64,000 bases of DNA from an uncultured Chloroflexia bacterium (GCA_963776475.1 CAVZMZ010000038.1:16741-80740); one strand, 5' to 3'. Positions 19,628 through 29,835 are shown, numbered from the stretch's first letter. Numbers and translations are program-made. The notes: a model not told the origin generated them from the letters alone.

Positions 19628-19849
19628 ATGGAAGCCCTGCAAATCGAATTATGGCGGCAGGCGAGCCCCACTCGCAAAATGCAGATTTTGGCTCAGCTCA
19701 ATACCGCTGCCAGGCTGCTGGCGCTGGCGGGCCTGCGCTGGCAGTATCCAGAAGCCGGCGAGGAAGAACTGCATCGCCGGCTGGCAGACCGGGTATTGGG
19801 AGAGGACCTGGCCCGCAAAGTATACGGGGAAATGCAGAATGCAAAATGA
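19628..19849 (+). CDS. Small helical hypothetical protein (73 aa). A 52-aa ORF overlaps it at about 19838-19996.
   Basis: The peptide looks coding, inside an otherwise low-coding-density 1.1-kb stretch. Confidence 0.3.
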   Translation: MEALQIELWRQASPTRKMQILAQLNTAARLLALAGLRWQYPEAGEEELHRRLADRVLGEDLARKVYGEMQNAK

Positions 19850-20055
19850 ACCGATCGAAGTTACGCTAAAGGGGACGGGGGTTTTGGAAACGCTCGGCAT
19901 CTCTTACCTGATTGGAGGCCTGCTGGCCAGGGATGGGTCAGTCAGCTTGCCGCCAGAGACTATTATGATAAAAACGATTGACTTCATCAAAATTTAAATG
20001 TACAATCGCCACATTAATCGCTTCTAGCTCTTGATCAAGGCACAGGAGAACAACC

Positions 20056-20679
20056 ATGTGGCATATCCAACCGGTTCCCGATGATAGTGTTGAAGAGTCG
20101 TTGCGTGAATTTTATAAAGCCGATCTCGAAAAAGATGGCTATGTCTGGAACACCAGCCGGGTCTGGAGCCACAGACCCGAGCTGATGGGTCTGTGGATGC
20201 AGCTATTCAAAAAGATCCGCTCCAACCTGCGGCTGCGCAGCTACGAGCTGGTGACCCTGGCCGCCACGCGCAGCATGGGCTGCATCTACTGCATGTTGGC
20301 GCACGGCGCGGTCCTGCGCAAAAACGGCTTTACGGCCCAACAGGTCATTGCCATCCTGGAAGATCCCCACACTGCCGGGCTTAGCCCGCAGGAGGTCCAC
20401 CTGATGGACTACTCCGCCAGGATCAGCCGCGACTCCAAGTCGATCGGCCAGGCAGATATCGACCTCCTGCACCAGGATGGCCTGACCGATCCGCAGATTA
20501 CCGACGTGGCGCTGGCAGCCGTCGCCCGCAACTTTCTCAGCCGCTATTTTGATGCCCTGGGCGCCGGTCCCGACCCGGAGCTGATCGCCAAAGAGCCCGA
20601 GCTGTGGGACTACCTGAAGGATTGGGATAAACACTTCGACCAGCAAGGTACGCCGGTCGCGCGCAGTCTCCCCGCTTAG
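20056..20679 (+). CDS. Carboxymuconolactone decarboxylase / AhpD-like peroxidase-related family protein.
   Basis: The CxxCxxxH motif CIYCMLAH. An RBS AGGAGA lies upstream. Confidence 0.75.
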   Translation: MWHIQPVPDDSVEESLREFYKADLEKDGYVWNTSRVWSHRPELMGLWMQLFKKIRSNLRLRSYELVTLAATRSMGCIYCMLAHGAVLRKNGFTAQQVIAILEDPHTAGLSPQEVHLMDYSARISRDSKSIGQADIDLLHQDGLTDPQITDVALAAVARNFLSRYFDALGAGPDPELIAKEPELWDYLKDWDKHFDQQGTPVARSLPA

Positions 20680-20701
20680 GGAGCACAGACTTCCGAAGTT
20701 T

Positions 20702-21843
20702 TCATATCAAAATTTTCCTCCCCAGCGCCCTCAGGAACGGCCCCGCCGGCGGCGAGCGCAGGATCTGCAGGTCCTCCCACAGGTTCGAGTTGCCATCCAG
20801 GAACTTGAGCACACGCCCGGCCGGGTTCCGGGCGAAGATCGAAGCCAGGATCGGACGGCCCAGCTCAGGTTCCTTCGCAAAAACGTCCAGCACGACACCA
20901 TCATAAAATCGAAAGCGCACTGGGTCGGGCGGGATGGCAAACGGGTTAGCATGCCGGTTCAACGAATCCACGATCCGGCGCGAATCGCGTTGGATGCGGG
21001 CGAAGGCATAGCCCGTGGAGGGTTTCACCCGCCCGCCAGCGCGTGCCGATGGCCAGGATGCGCCTGTCCCAGCCGGCGCGGGAACGGGTGGTCCGTCATG
21101 GGGATGACCCCCTGCTCGGTTTCAAGGATGCGGTAGTCTTTCAATCCGAAGTTTGTGGCGAGGTACTCTCGCAGGGCGGCTTCATACTCCCCATCCGGCA
21201 GCACCTGCGGGGAAAATAGGGTGTACTCCACCAGGGCATTTGTCTTGCTGAACGGCAGGATATAGAAGAATGTCACGCCGCCGCGTTGGGGCGTGCGCAG
21301 ATCGAATAAAGTCACCGTCTGCGGGTCGAAAACCGGTGTTGCGGTCTCGATCTCCCAGCCGCGGAAGTGCTGTTTCAGATAATTGTAGTGTGTTGGGTCC
21401 GGGAGCACGTCCGACGGACGGATGCGGCTGTCGAAGGCCCATTGGGCCGCGTAGCGCTCGCCGCCCACGTGCAGAGTGGCGTTATCCTGCCCATCCTCCA
21501 GCTCCGCCAGCCCGCGCACGAAAGTGACCGCATGCTTTTCGAGCTCGGCGCGCGCATAGTTGTAAAAATCAAGGCCGCGCAGCATTTGGTAGCGCAGCGG
21601 GCTCAGCTCCCAGGTCTGGTCGAAGCCCTCGGATTGGAAGCGCAGGCTCGGCCAAACCTGGCGGGCGATGCCATCGTAGGGCGTCGGCCGGTCGGCCCAG
21701 AAACACCAGGTGCGGTCGTTGCTGTCCTTGGCCTCCTTTTCGACGATCAGGATGGATTTATTTCCAAGCGGGCCCTTGACCAGCTCGAGGGCCAGGCTCA
21801 ATCCGGCCGCGCCGCCGCCCAGGATGGCAAAGTCGTAGATCAT
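20702..21843 (-). CDS. crtY: Lycopene cyclase (CrtY/CrtL-type, FAD-dependent) with an apparent frameshift at a GGGCGGG run near 21030.
   Basis: The N-terminus MIYDFAILGGGAAGLSLA is a Rossmann fold. The C-terminal piece (ORF 20702..21028) contains KPSTGYAF, the CrtY signature. The ATG overlaps the P450 stop codon (ATGA). Confidence 0.7.
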
Positions 21844-23129
21844 CGCGGCCGCACCTGCATGAACACGCCCGGACGCGGCTCGAGCGTTGCGCCCATGTGG
21901 AGGTGCACACGTGGGCGGGTGAGCACAAACTGGCAGCGCTGGAACAGGCGCGCCAGCACTACTTTGGCCTCCACCTGGGCAAAGTTCGCACCCAGGCAGT
22001 TCCGCGCTCCGGCGCCGAACGGCAGGTAGGTATACGGGGTCTGCAGCTTGCCGGGGGCAAAGCGCTGCGGGTCGAAGCGCTCGGGCTCCGGCCAATGCGC
22101 CTCATCGTGCTGCGTGGCATAGATGGAGACCATCACCCGTTCGCCTTTTGGGATCGCGTACCCGCACACCGCCAGGTCCTGCGTGGATTGGCGGTTGCCG
22201 ACATGGATGGGCGGGTAGAGGCGCAGCAACTCGTCGATAACCTGTTTGAAATAGACCAGCGCCTCGACCTGTTCGGGCGTGGGCGGCGACGCCATGTCCA
22301 GGCTGGCGGTTTCGGCCTGCAAAGTTGGCAGCACCTGGGGATGGCTGCCCACCAGGTACAGCGTCCAGGCCAGCAGGGCTGTGCTGGTATCGTGCCCGGC
22401 GATGAACAGGGTCAACATCTGGTCCCGGATCAGGTCATCGGGCATGCCGTCCGCGATCAACCCGCTCAGCAGGTCCGCGCCCCCGGTTGGATGAGCACGC
22501 CGTTCCCGGATCAGACCATACAGATAGGCATCGACCGCTGCGATCGAAGCTTTGTACTGTTTGCGGGGCGTACCCACCAGCCACAGGCCCGGGGAAATGA
22601 ACTTGAGCATGTCCAGGATGGCCGGGAAGAGCCGCTCCAGGTCGGGGGTCATGTCCACGTCGAACAGGGTATCCATCACGATCAGCAGGGCCAGCTTGCG
22701 CATTTCGACCAGCATATCGCAGGTCTTTCCGGGCTCCCAGGCGCTGATGACTTGCTCCGTCCGCCGCCACATTTTGTCGATGTAACCTGCCACCTGCTGG
22801 CGGTGCAGGGCCGGCATGACCTTGCGGCGCAGGCTGTCGTGCGTCTCGCCGTCCTCCACCAGCAGCCCGTGCCGCAGCAGGCCGGTGACCGGGTCGGATT
22901 CATTTCGCCAGTGCAATACGGCCCGTCCTTCCGTCAGGGCGAAATGGGTGGCCTCCTGTCCGGATAGGAACACCGGGCTGAAACCCGGCAGCCGGATGCG
23001 AAAAACGTAGCCCAACTGCCGGCGCATGGCCAAGAGCGCCCCCAGCAGGTTACGCGGCCCGAAGAGTTCTTTGAGCGCCGCCAGGCCGGCGGATGAATCT
23101 GGAACGGGTGGTTGAGACATATTATTCAT
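21840..23129 (-). CDS. Cytochrome P450, a likely carotenoid-modifying enzyme.
   Basis: The haem-binding loop FGAGARNCLG, an EXXR motif, and a position inside the crt operon. Confidence 0.85.
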   Translation of the reverse strand: MNNMSQPPVPDSSAGLAALKELFGPRNLLGALLAMRRQLGYVFRIRLPGFSPVFLSGQEATHFALTEGRAVLHWRNESDPVTGLLRHGLLVEDGETHDSLRRKVMPALHRQQVAGYIDKMWRRTEQVISAWEPGKTCDMLVEMRKLALLIVMDTLFDVDMTPDLERLFPAILDMLKFISPGLWLVGTPRKQYKASIAAVDAYLYGLIRERRAHPTGGADLLSGLIADGMPDDLIRDQMLTLFIAGHDTSTALLAWTLYLVGSHPQVLPTLQAETASLDMASPPTPEQVEALVYFKQVIDELLRLYPPIHVGNRQSTQDLAVCGYAIPKGERVMVSIYATQHDEAHWPEPERFDPQRFAPGKLQTPYTYLPFGAGARNCLGANFAQVEAKVVLARLFQRCQFVLTRPRVHLHMGATLEPRPGVFMQVRPR

Positions 23130-24099
23130 CGTACCAAACGGTTACATCCTTCAACGTCTGCGTCTTGAACCAGATTTCCGGCAGGCGTCGCAGCTTGCCC
23201 AGTGCGCCGATGTGGGCGCGCCGGGAAAAGACATCGTAGTCGTATGCCTCGATATCCTCCAGGATGGCCTCATACAGATCCGCAGCGGCTGCGATGGCAA
23301 AACGGCCGTCGCCATTGAGCATGGCGATCCCGGGCCGGGCCTCGGCGTACATGCGCCGGACACGCTCGATCTGGAAGCGCATGAACTTTTTCCAGCGCGG
23401 GCTGAGTATCCCGCCGGCGATGTCATCTACGCTGAGGCCGAACTGCTGCAGGTCCTCCACGGGCAGGTACAGGTGCCCGTTGCGCCAGTCTTCGGCCACG
23501 TCCCGCAGGATGTTGGTCACCTGCAACGCCACGCCCAGCTTGATGGCATATGGGATCGCCTCGGGACCGGAAAATCCGACAATGTGCATGGCCATCAGGC
23601 CGACTGTCGAAGCCACCTGGTAGGCATATTCGGCCAGCTCCTCGAAGCTCTGGTAGCTGCAGTGGGTCAGATCGGAAGCCACCCCGTTGAGCAGTTGTTC
23701 GGCGTAACCGAGCGGGATGCCGAACTTCAGGCGGGTATCCGCCCAGGCCAGCGCCACCAGGTCCAGATCGGAGGGGTGGGCGGAGAGCGAGCGTGAGCGC
23801 CAGGCGTTCAGAGCCGGCATGGGATCGGCGGTCAGGCTGCGGTCGACGATATCGTCGCTGACCCGGCAAAAGGCATACAGGGCGCGCATCGCCTGGCGCT
23901 TCTCCCTCGGCAGCAGGCCGGAAGCCAGGTGGAACGTCCGGCTGTTGTGGCGGGTGATATCTTCACAGGCCCGGTAAGCCTGGTTCAACAGATTCGAATC
24001 CATGGTTGCAATGGAAGGCAGCGTGCGATGGTCGAAGGCCTCCAGCGCCATCCCCAGTAAATTGGATTCCCAGGGTAAATTGTTAGGTTGAATTGTCAT
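23122..24099 (-). CDS. crtB: Phytoene synthase (squalene/phytoene synthase family).
   Basis: Asp-rich motifs VSDDIVD and a DxxxD, ~320 aa. An RBS GGAGG lies 6 nt before the ATG at 24099. Confidence 0.85.
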   Translation of the reverse strand: MTIQPNNLPWESNLLGMALEAFDHRTLPSIATMDSNLLNQAYRACEDITRHNSRTFHLASGLLPREKRQAMRALYAFCRVSDDIVDRSLTADPMPALNAWRSRSLSAHPSDLDLVALAWADTRLKFGIPLGYAEQLLNGVASDLTHCSYQSFEELAEYAYQVASTVGLMAMHIVGFSGPEAIPYAIKLGVALQVTNILRDVAEDWRNGHLYLPVEDLQQFGLSVDDIAGGILSPRWKKFMRFQIERVRRMYAEARPGIAMLNGDGRFAIAAAADLYEAILEDIEAYDYDVFSRRAHIGALGKLRRLPEIWFKTQTLKDVTVWYDE

Positions 24100-24125
24100 T
24101 GGATACCTCCAAGGTTATTTACGGA

Positions 24126-25661
24126 TTAAGATCTGGCCGTCAAAAAATCAGCCCGGCTAATTTTGTGTCCAACTGGCACTTCTTCACCAAGTTCCTTCTG
24201 GATGCGCTCGGCGGTCAGTCTGGCAGACAGCAGGACGATCGGCAGGCCGGTGCCCGGATGGGTGCTGGCGCCTGCGAAGTACAGGTTCTTGTAACGCGGG
24301 TGGCGATTGTGCGGGCGCAGATACCCGACCTGGGCGAAGTTGTGGCTCAGGCCGAAAGCCGAGCCCTTGGCCAGGTTGAGCTGCTTGAGATAATCCGGCG
24401 GGCCCATGCTCTCTTCCAGCAGGATGCGTTTCCCCAGGTCCTTGACGCCGATCCCTTCCAGCCGCTCGATGACGAAGCTGCGGGCGCGTTCACGCAGGGC
24501 TGCCCAATCCTGCGGCTGTTCCGCGTTGATGTGCCCGACCGGTACCAGCACCATCAGCGCATCCCCATCCTCGGGCGCGAAGGACGGATCGGTGCGGGCC
24601 GGGGCGTTTACGTAAAACGAGGGGGTCTGCGGCAGGCTGAGATCTTTGAAGATCCGCTCGAAGGAGGCCCGGTATTCGTCGTCCGCCAGGAAGACGTTAT
24701 GGTGCAGCAGCTCGGGGGATTTTTCGCCTTTCACGCCCCAGTAAAACATCAGCGCCGAGGAGGTGTATTTCTTCTGCGCAAGCTTCGCGGCGCTGCCGTC
24801 CTCGGGCAGCAGGTTGGAATAGACGTACGGCAGGTCGGCATTGGCGACTACCAGGTCGGCCGGTATGTCTTTGCCGTCCTCCAGCCTGACCCCGGTCGCG
24901 CGCGATCCTTCGACGTTGATCTGCGTGACCGCCTGCCCGTACTCGAAGCGCACTCCCAACCCCGCTGCGATCTGCTCGAGCGTCTCGATCGGCCGGTACA
25001 TGCCGCCCTTCGGGAACCAGACCCCGTCCCCCAGCTCGGTGTACTGCAGCAGCGAGAAGGTCGCCGGGGCCTCGTATGGGCTGAGACCCAGGTACATATT
25101 CTGGAACGAGAAGGCCGCCTGCAGCCGGCTGTCCTTGAAATAGCGCTGCGTGTTGCTGGCGTGGCTGACCAGCGCCTTCAGCTTGAATAATAGCGGCAGG
25201 TTCTTGAGGTCGAAATACTCCGCCAGCGAATAAAAATTGCGCCCGACGAATTTTTCCAGGCTGAGTTGGTAATTGGTATAGCCTTCCGCCATGAACTTAA
25301 GGAACTGTCCAAAGGCGCCCGGTTCGAGCGCATCCAGTTGCTCACGCATGCGCGGCATCTGGTAGGTCAGGTCCAGGCGGGTGCCATCGTGGAAGTGCGC
25401 CCGGTAGGTCGGGTCCAGGTGGATAAGCTCGAGGTGGTCTTGCATGCGCTCTCCAAGCGCGGCGTAGGTTTCGGCGAATACTTCCGGCATCAAGAAAAGG
25501 GTGGGGCCTTTGTCAAAGCGATAGCCGTCTTTCTGGATGAAGTCAGCCCGCCCGCCGGGGTGTGTGGATTTTTCGACCACGGTAACTTTGTGCCCGGCGC
25601 GTGCCAGCCGCCCCGCCACGGCGATGCCCCCGATACCAGCTCCAATGACAATGATGTTCAT
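24126..25661 (-). CDS. crtI: Phytoene desaturase (CrtI family).
   Basis: An N-terminal dinucleotide-binding fold MNIIVIGAGIGGIAVAGRLARAGHKVTVVEK, ~510 aa. Confidence 0.9.
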   Translation of the reverse strand: MNIIVIGAGIGGIAVAGRLARAGHKVTVVEKSTHPGGRADFIQKDGYRFDKGPTLFLMPEVFAETYAALGERMQDHLELIHLDPTYRAHFHDGTRLDLTYQMPRMREQLDALEPGAFGQFLKFMAEGYTNYQLSLEKFVGRNFYSLAEYFDLKNLPLLFKLKALVSHASNTQRYFKDSRLQAAFSFQNMYLGLSPYEAPATFSLLQYTELGDGVWFPKGGMYRPIETLEQIAAGLGVRFEYGQAVTQINVEGSRATGVRLEDGKDIPADLVVANADLPYVYSNLLPEDGSAAKLAQKKYTSSALMFYWGVKGEKSPELLHHNVFLADDEYRASFERIFKDLSLPQTPSFYVNAPARTDPSFAPEDGDALMVLVPVGHINAEQPQDWAALRERARSFVIERLEGIGVKDLGKRILLEESMGPPDYLKQLNLAKGSAFGLSHNFAQVGYLRPHNRHPRYKNLYFAGASTHPGTGLPIVLLSARLTAERIQKELGEEVPVGHKISRADFLTARS

Positions 25662-26453
25662 GTCTAAATTCTCCTATTTTTATCCTAATCAACCGGATTA
25701 TAGGATAAACTCCTCGTTTTGTCAATGTTTTGTACATGTATTGTACAATTAATATCGACAAGATTATCAGGATGTCATTGTCTGTGGTTTATTCTTTTGA
25801 AATTAATAACTGGCTGGTTGTGCCCCGTTCAAGGGGCTTGGTTGCTGCGATCGACGATAAATCGTCGGGCGGCTATGATCTCCCCCTTCCTAAATAAGAA
25901 CGTTTGTGCTAAAATTGTGGCATGCATTCTTCCATGCCACGTCCCTGCCTCTTTTCTGCTACCTATCCATTTACGCTCTTCAAAAAGGGCAGGGGTCGGG
26001 GGATGGACATTCGTTCCGCGGAAATCGACAAAAAGTGTACTTTAAATCCGTCTGCCGCCTTCATTGCAGCAGGCAGTGGTCAGCAGTCAGCCGTCAACAG
26101 TCGACAGTCGCCGGTCAATCTCTCCATTCGTTCCTTCGTTCGTTTTTTTTCTGCGGAACGAAACTTGTACCCTTTTGCCTGCTCCGACTGTCCTGACTTT
26201 TCTTGCCAGGGCTCAATTTGCGGGGCACCCCACATGAGCACAGGCTATCCGGGTATGCCTGCACTTCCCGAAGAGCAGCGGGACGTTGTGCGGCAGGTAC
26301 AAGTGTCTGTATTTAATTAGGACTTATTACGCATTCTCTAAAGGCCTGAGCGGCAACTCAGTCTCGTATAATTACGAAATGGCGCATCACAGCCTTGATT
26401 GCAGCACGCCCGCATTTATTTATTTGGTATTGGAGCAAATCAAGGAGATACAT

Positions 26454-27110
26454 ATGACACAACCCCAACCCGATGGCTACCTCGCCGTTCCCTCAACCGG
26501 CAGCGGCGAGCCTGTGTTGATCCTCCACGCCTGGTGGGGGCTGAACGATACCCTCAAGGCGTTCTGTGACCGGCTGGCCGGATCCGGCTTCGTGGCCTTC
26601 GCCCCGGACCTCTATCATGGTAAGGTTGCAGATACCATTGCCGGTGCGGAAGCCTTGCGCAACGTACTCAACGCCAACCAGTTCCAAGCCCAGGCCGAGA
26701 TCGCGCAGGCAGCACTGTTCCTCAACGAACGTGTTGGCTCCGCTGGCCGCGGCCTGGCAGTGATCGGCTTCTCTCTGGGCGCCTCTTATGCGCTCGATCT
26801 GACCGCCGCCCATCCCGAACACATCCGTTCCGTCGTCCTCTTTTACGGGACCGGCGGCGGCGACTTCAGCAGCTCAAGAGCCGCCTTCCTCGGTCATTTT
26901 GCCGAGGACGATGAGTTTGAGCCAAAGCCCTACGTCGACGAGCTGGAGCAATCCCTGCGGAGTGCCGGCCGCCCGGTGACTTTCTATCGTTACAGCGGCG
27001 CCGGGCACTGGTTCTTTGAACCTGACCGCCCGCAGGCTTACAACCCGGCGGCAGCCAGCCTGGCGTGGGATCGGACCCTGGACTTCCTGAGGCAAGCCTC
27101 AATTACTTGA
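26454..27110 (+). CDS. Dienelactone hydrolase family protein.
   Basis: An alpha/beta hydrolase with GFSLGA. An RBS AAGGAG lies 7 nt before the ATG at 26454. The upstream part of track ORF 26286..27110 is not coding-like. Confidence 0.7.
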   Translation: MTQPQPDGYLAVPSTGSGEPVLILHAWWGLNDTLKAFCDRLAGSGFVAFAPDLYHGKVADTIAGAEALRNVLNANQFQAQAEIAQAALFLNERVGSAGRGLAVIGFSLGASYALDLTAAHPEHIRSVVLFYGTGGGDFSSSRAAFLGHFAEDDEFEPKPYVDELEQSLRSAGRPVTFYRYSGAGHWFFEPDRPQAYNPAAASLAWDRTLDFLRQASIT

Positions 27111-28281
27111 ACCTTGCCTCATATTTCCGGCCCTTCCACACCACTCCGCGCCCCGAGAGCACCTTCCAGGTGGAAGCCAACATCATGGCAGCAAAGATGC
27201 CGGCCCCCAGCGGGATGGTCCATGCATACCAGACCGGGATTTTCATCGCTCGCAATGCCAGGCCGCGCCAGAGGATGAGATAGCCCCACAGCACTGCTGC
27301 CTCCAGGGCCACCAACCAGGCTCCGGAGCCGGGGTCTGCCCGCCACCACAGCAATCCCGCCAGCAGCCACAGCGGCAGCGCCAGCGCCGCCACCAGGTTC
27401 AGGAAAGCTCCGACTGCCCCCAATAGCAGCATCCCGGCCGAGCCTCTCAGACCCAGGTAGATATTTTTTGTCCAGCCTTCCCACATTTCAGGAAGGGAAT
27501 GATACATGCGGGTCAGCGCCACCTGCCGGCCATCTGCGATTACCAGCCGGTAGCCGGCGCCCTTGACCAGCACCGCCATGTCTTTATCTTCCACGATCGA
27601 GTTCTTGAGCGCGGCATGCCCGCCGACGGCCTGATAGACACTGCGCTTGATAAAGATGAACTGCCCGTTGGCAATGGCATCCTTGCGCCGGGGATCGTTG
27701 ACCTTGCGCGGCGAAAACCCGACCGAGAGCGCCGTGAACACCAGCGGCAGGACCACGCGTTCCCAGAATGTCTCGACCTCCTGCCCGGTCATGATGGTAA
27801 AGAGGTCCGCCCGAGTCTCTTGCGCTTTGGCCAACACCGAAGCCAGCGCCTGTGGCCCGGCAAAGGTATCCGCGTCCACAAAGCACAACCATTCGCCGTG
27901 GGCGGCTTGCGCAGCCTGGTACAGGGCGTACGGTTTCCCGGCCCAGCCTGGCGGCAGTTCCGCTCCGTGCAGAATCTTCAGCCTCCCATCCTGCTCCGAA
28001 ACCAGTTGCAGGATTTCCGGTGTGCTGTCCGTCGAACGGTCATCCAGAACGATCAGCTCGAAGTACGGCCAGGTCTGCGCCAGCAGGCATTCCACGCAGC
28101 GTTGGATGTTACGGGCTTCATTGCGCGCTGGCACCAGGATGGAGATCAATGGCGTGCCATCCGGGACCGGCGGGACAGGTGTAACCACCACATCCATCCG
28201 GTGCTGGTTGTGCAGCCAGGTGACGATCCCTATGCCGGCGACACACGCCAGGCTGGAGAGGACGATCAGAAAGATGGTCAA
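27103..28281 (-). CDS. Glycosyltransferase family 2 with a C-terminal multi-TM domain (CrtQ/CruC-like architecture).
   Basis: GT-A motifs ISILVPARNE and LDDRS, DAD, and four to five C-terminal TM helices. Confidence 0.75.
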   Translation of the reverse strand: MTIFLIVLSSLACVAGIGIVTWLHNQHRMDVVVTPVPPVPDGTPLISILVPARNEARNIQRCVECLLAQTWPYFELIVLDDRSTDSTPEILQLVSEQDGRLKILHGAELPPGWAGKPYALYQAAQAAHGEWLCFVDADTFAGPQALASVLAKAQETRADLFTIMTGQEVETFWERVVLPLVFTALSVGFSPRKVNDPRRKDAIANGQFIFIKRSVYQAVGGHAALKNSIVEDKDMAVLVKGAGYRLVIADGRQVALTRMYHSLPEMWEGWTKNIYLGLRGSAGMLLLGAVGAFLNLVAALALPLWLLAGLLWWRADPGSGAWLVALEAAVLWGYLILWRGLALRAMKIPVWYAWTIPLGAGIFAAMMLASTWKVLSGRGVVWKGRKYEARFK

Positions 28282-28424
28282 GGCAATACAATATTTTTAA
28301 CACGAAGGACACGAACGCTACACGAAGGTTCACGAAGGAAGAAAACTAAGTATTTCCTTTGTGTTGTTCTTCGGTTTACGTCGTGTCCTTTGTGTCCGTC
28401 GTGTTTAATTCTTGTGTTTAGCTC

Positions 28425-29630
28425 TTAAAGTCCGGCAGCTTTGCGCAGCGCCGGGGCTTTATCTGTATTTTCCCAGGGGAACTGGACGTCGTCCCGCCCG
28501 AAGTGACCATAGGCAGCGGTCTTGCGGTAGATCGGGCGCCGCAGGTCCAGGTCGCGGATGATCGCACCCGGGCGCAGGTCGAAGTGCTCGAGGATCAGCT
28601 TGCCGATCTCCTCGTCCGCCACCTTGCCAGTCCCGAAGGTCTCGACGTTGACCGAGAGCGGGTGCGCAATCCCGATGGCATACGCCACCTGGATTTCGCA
28701 GCGATCGGCCAATCCGGCCGCCACCACGTTCTTGGCGGCCCAACGGGCGGCATAGGCTGCCGAGCGGTCCACCTTGGTCGGGTCCTTCCCGGAGAACGAG
28801 CCGCCGCCATGCCGGCCCATGCCGCCGTAGGTGTCCACGATGATCTTGCGCCCGGTCACGCCCGCGTCGCCCATCGGTCCGCCGATGACAAAACGCCCGG
28901 TCGGGTTGACATAGTATTTGAGGGCCTTGTCGACCATGCCGGCCGGCAGGGTCGGGATGATGACGTGCTCCATGATGCCTTCCTCGATATCGGCGTGGGA
29001 AACCTCCGCAGAATGCTGGGTGCTGATCAGCACCGTGTCGATGCGCTTGGGTTTGCCGTAGGCATATTCGATTGTCACCTGCGACTTGCCATCCGGGCGC
29101 AGCCAGGGCAGTTCGCCGGCCTTGCGCACCTCAGCCAGTTTGCGGGTCAGCTTGTGGGCCAGGTAGATTGGCATTGGCATCAACTGCTCGGTCTCGTTGC
29201 AGGCATACCCGAACATCATGCCCTGGTCACCGGCGCCGATCAGATCGATCTGGTCCTGGTCGCCATCCTTGGCCTCCAAAGACTTGCTGACGCCCATATC
29301 GATATCCGGGCTCTGGCTGGCGATGGCGGATAACACTCCGCAGGTGTTGCCGTCAAAGCCCTTCTCGCTGCTGTCGTAGCCGATCTCCTTGACGACTCTG
29401 CGGACGAGATCATCAAAGTTGACGAATGCATTGGTGGTGATCTCGCCCAGTACCATCACGAAGCCGGTCTTGGTGGCCACTTCGCATGCCACGCGGCTCA
29501 TCGGGTCCTGCTCGAAGCAGGCGTCCAGGACCGAATCGGCGATCTGGTCGCACAGCTTGTCAGGATGGCCCTCAGTAACCGATTCTGAGGTGAACAGTAA
29601 TTTTGGAGAGGACATAAAAGTGGTTGTCAT
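28425..29630 (-). CDS. metK: S-adenosylmethionine synthetase.
   Basis: The signature [34 protein letters not shown] and the N-terminus [12 protein letters not shown]. Confidence 0.95.
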   Translation of the reverse strand: MTTTFMSSPKLLFTSESVTEGHPDKLCDQIADSVLDACFEQDPMSRVACEVATKTGFVMVLGEITTNAFVNFDDLVRRVVKEIGYDSSEKGFDGNTCGVLSAIASQSPDIDMGVSKSLEAKDGDQDQIDLIGAGDQGMMFGYACNETEQLMPMPIYLAHKLTRKLAEVRKAGELPWLRPDGKSQVTIEYAYGKPKRIDTVLISTQHSAEVSHADIEEGIMEHVIIPTLPAGMVDKALKYYVNPTGRFVIGGPMGDAGVTGRKIIVDTYGGMGRHGGGSFSGKDPTKVDRSAAYAARWAAKNVVAAGLADRCEIQVAYAIGIAHPLSVNVETFGTGKVADEEIGKLILEHFDLRPGAIIRDLDLRRPIYRKTAAYGHFGRDDVQFPWENTDKAPALRKAAGL

Positions 29631-29649
29631 TGTTTCCCTTTCTATAATA

Positions 29650-29835
29650 GAAATTGCCCTTTCGAAAGAAAGGGCAATTGCACATTGTGCGCGGCTGCCC
29701 TCTCATCTTCCAGATTCGGACGACCATATAGGTCGCTCCTACTGCCGGATTTGGCACCGTGTTCGGCTTAACGCCGACCGGTTGTCGAGGCATCATCGGG
29801 CCGGTCCCTCCGCCTCTCTGGATAAGAGTGCCGAT
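29650..29835 (-). promoter_or_regulatory. SAM-I (S-box) riboswitch with an intrinsic-terminator expression platform in the metK leader.
   Basis: On the minus strand: CUCUUAUCCAGAGAGGCGGAGGGACCGGCCCGAUGAUGCCUCGACAACCGGUCGG.... This is followed by the terminator GCAAUUGCCCUUUC-UUUC-GAAAGGGCAAUU plus UCUAUUAU, and then the RBS and metK ATG. Confidence 0.85.

Noticed and set aside
21897-22967. A 356-aa + strand ORF.
   Set aside because: It is antisense to the cytochrome P450 gene. It is R/G/H/Q-rich and has no motifs.
24093-25190. A 365-aa + strand ORF.
   Set aside because: It is antisense to crtI, which has an unmistakable Rossmann N-terminus on the minus strand.
27499-28428. 309-aa and 217-aa + strand ORFs.
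   Set aside because: They are antisense to the GT2 gene and have an R/H/D-rich composition.
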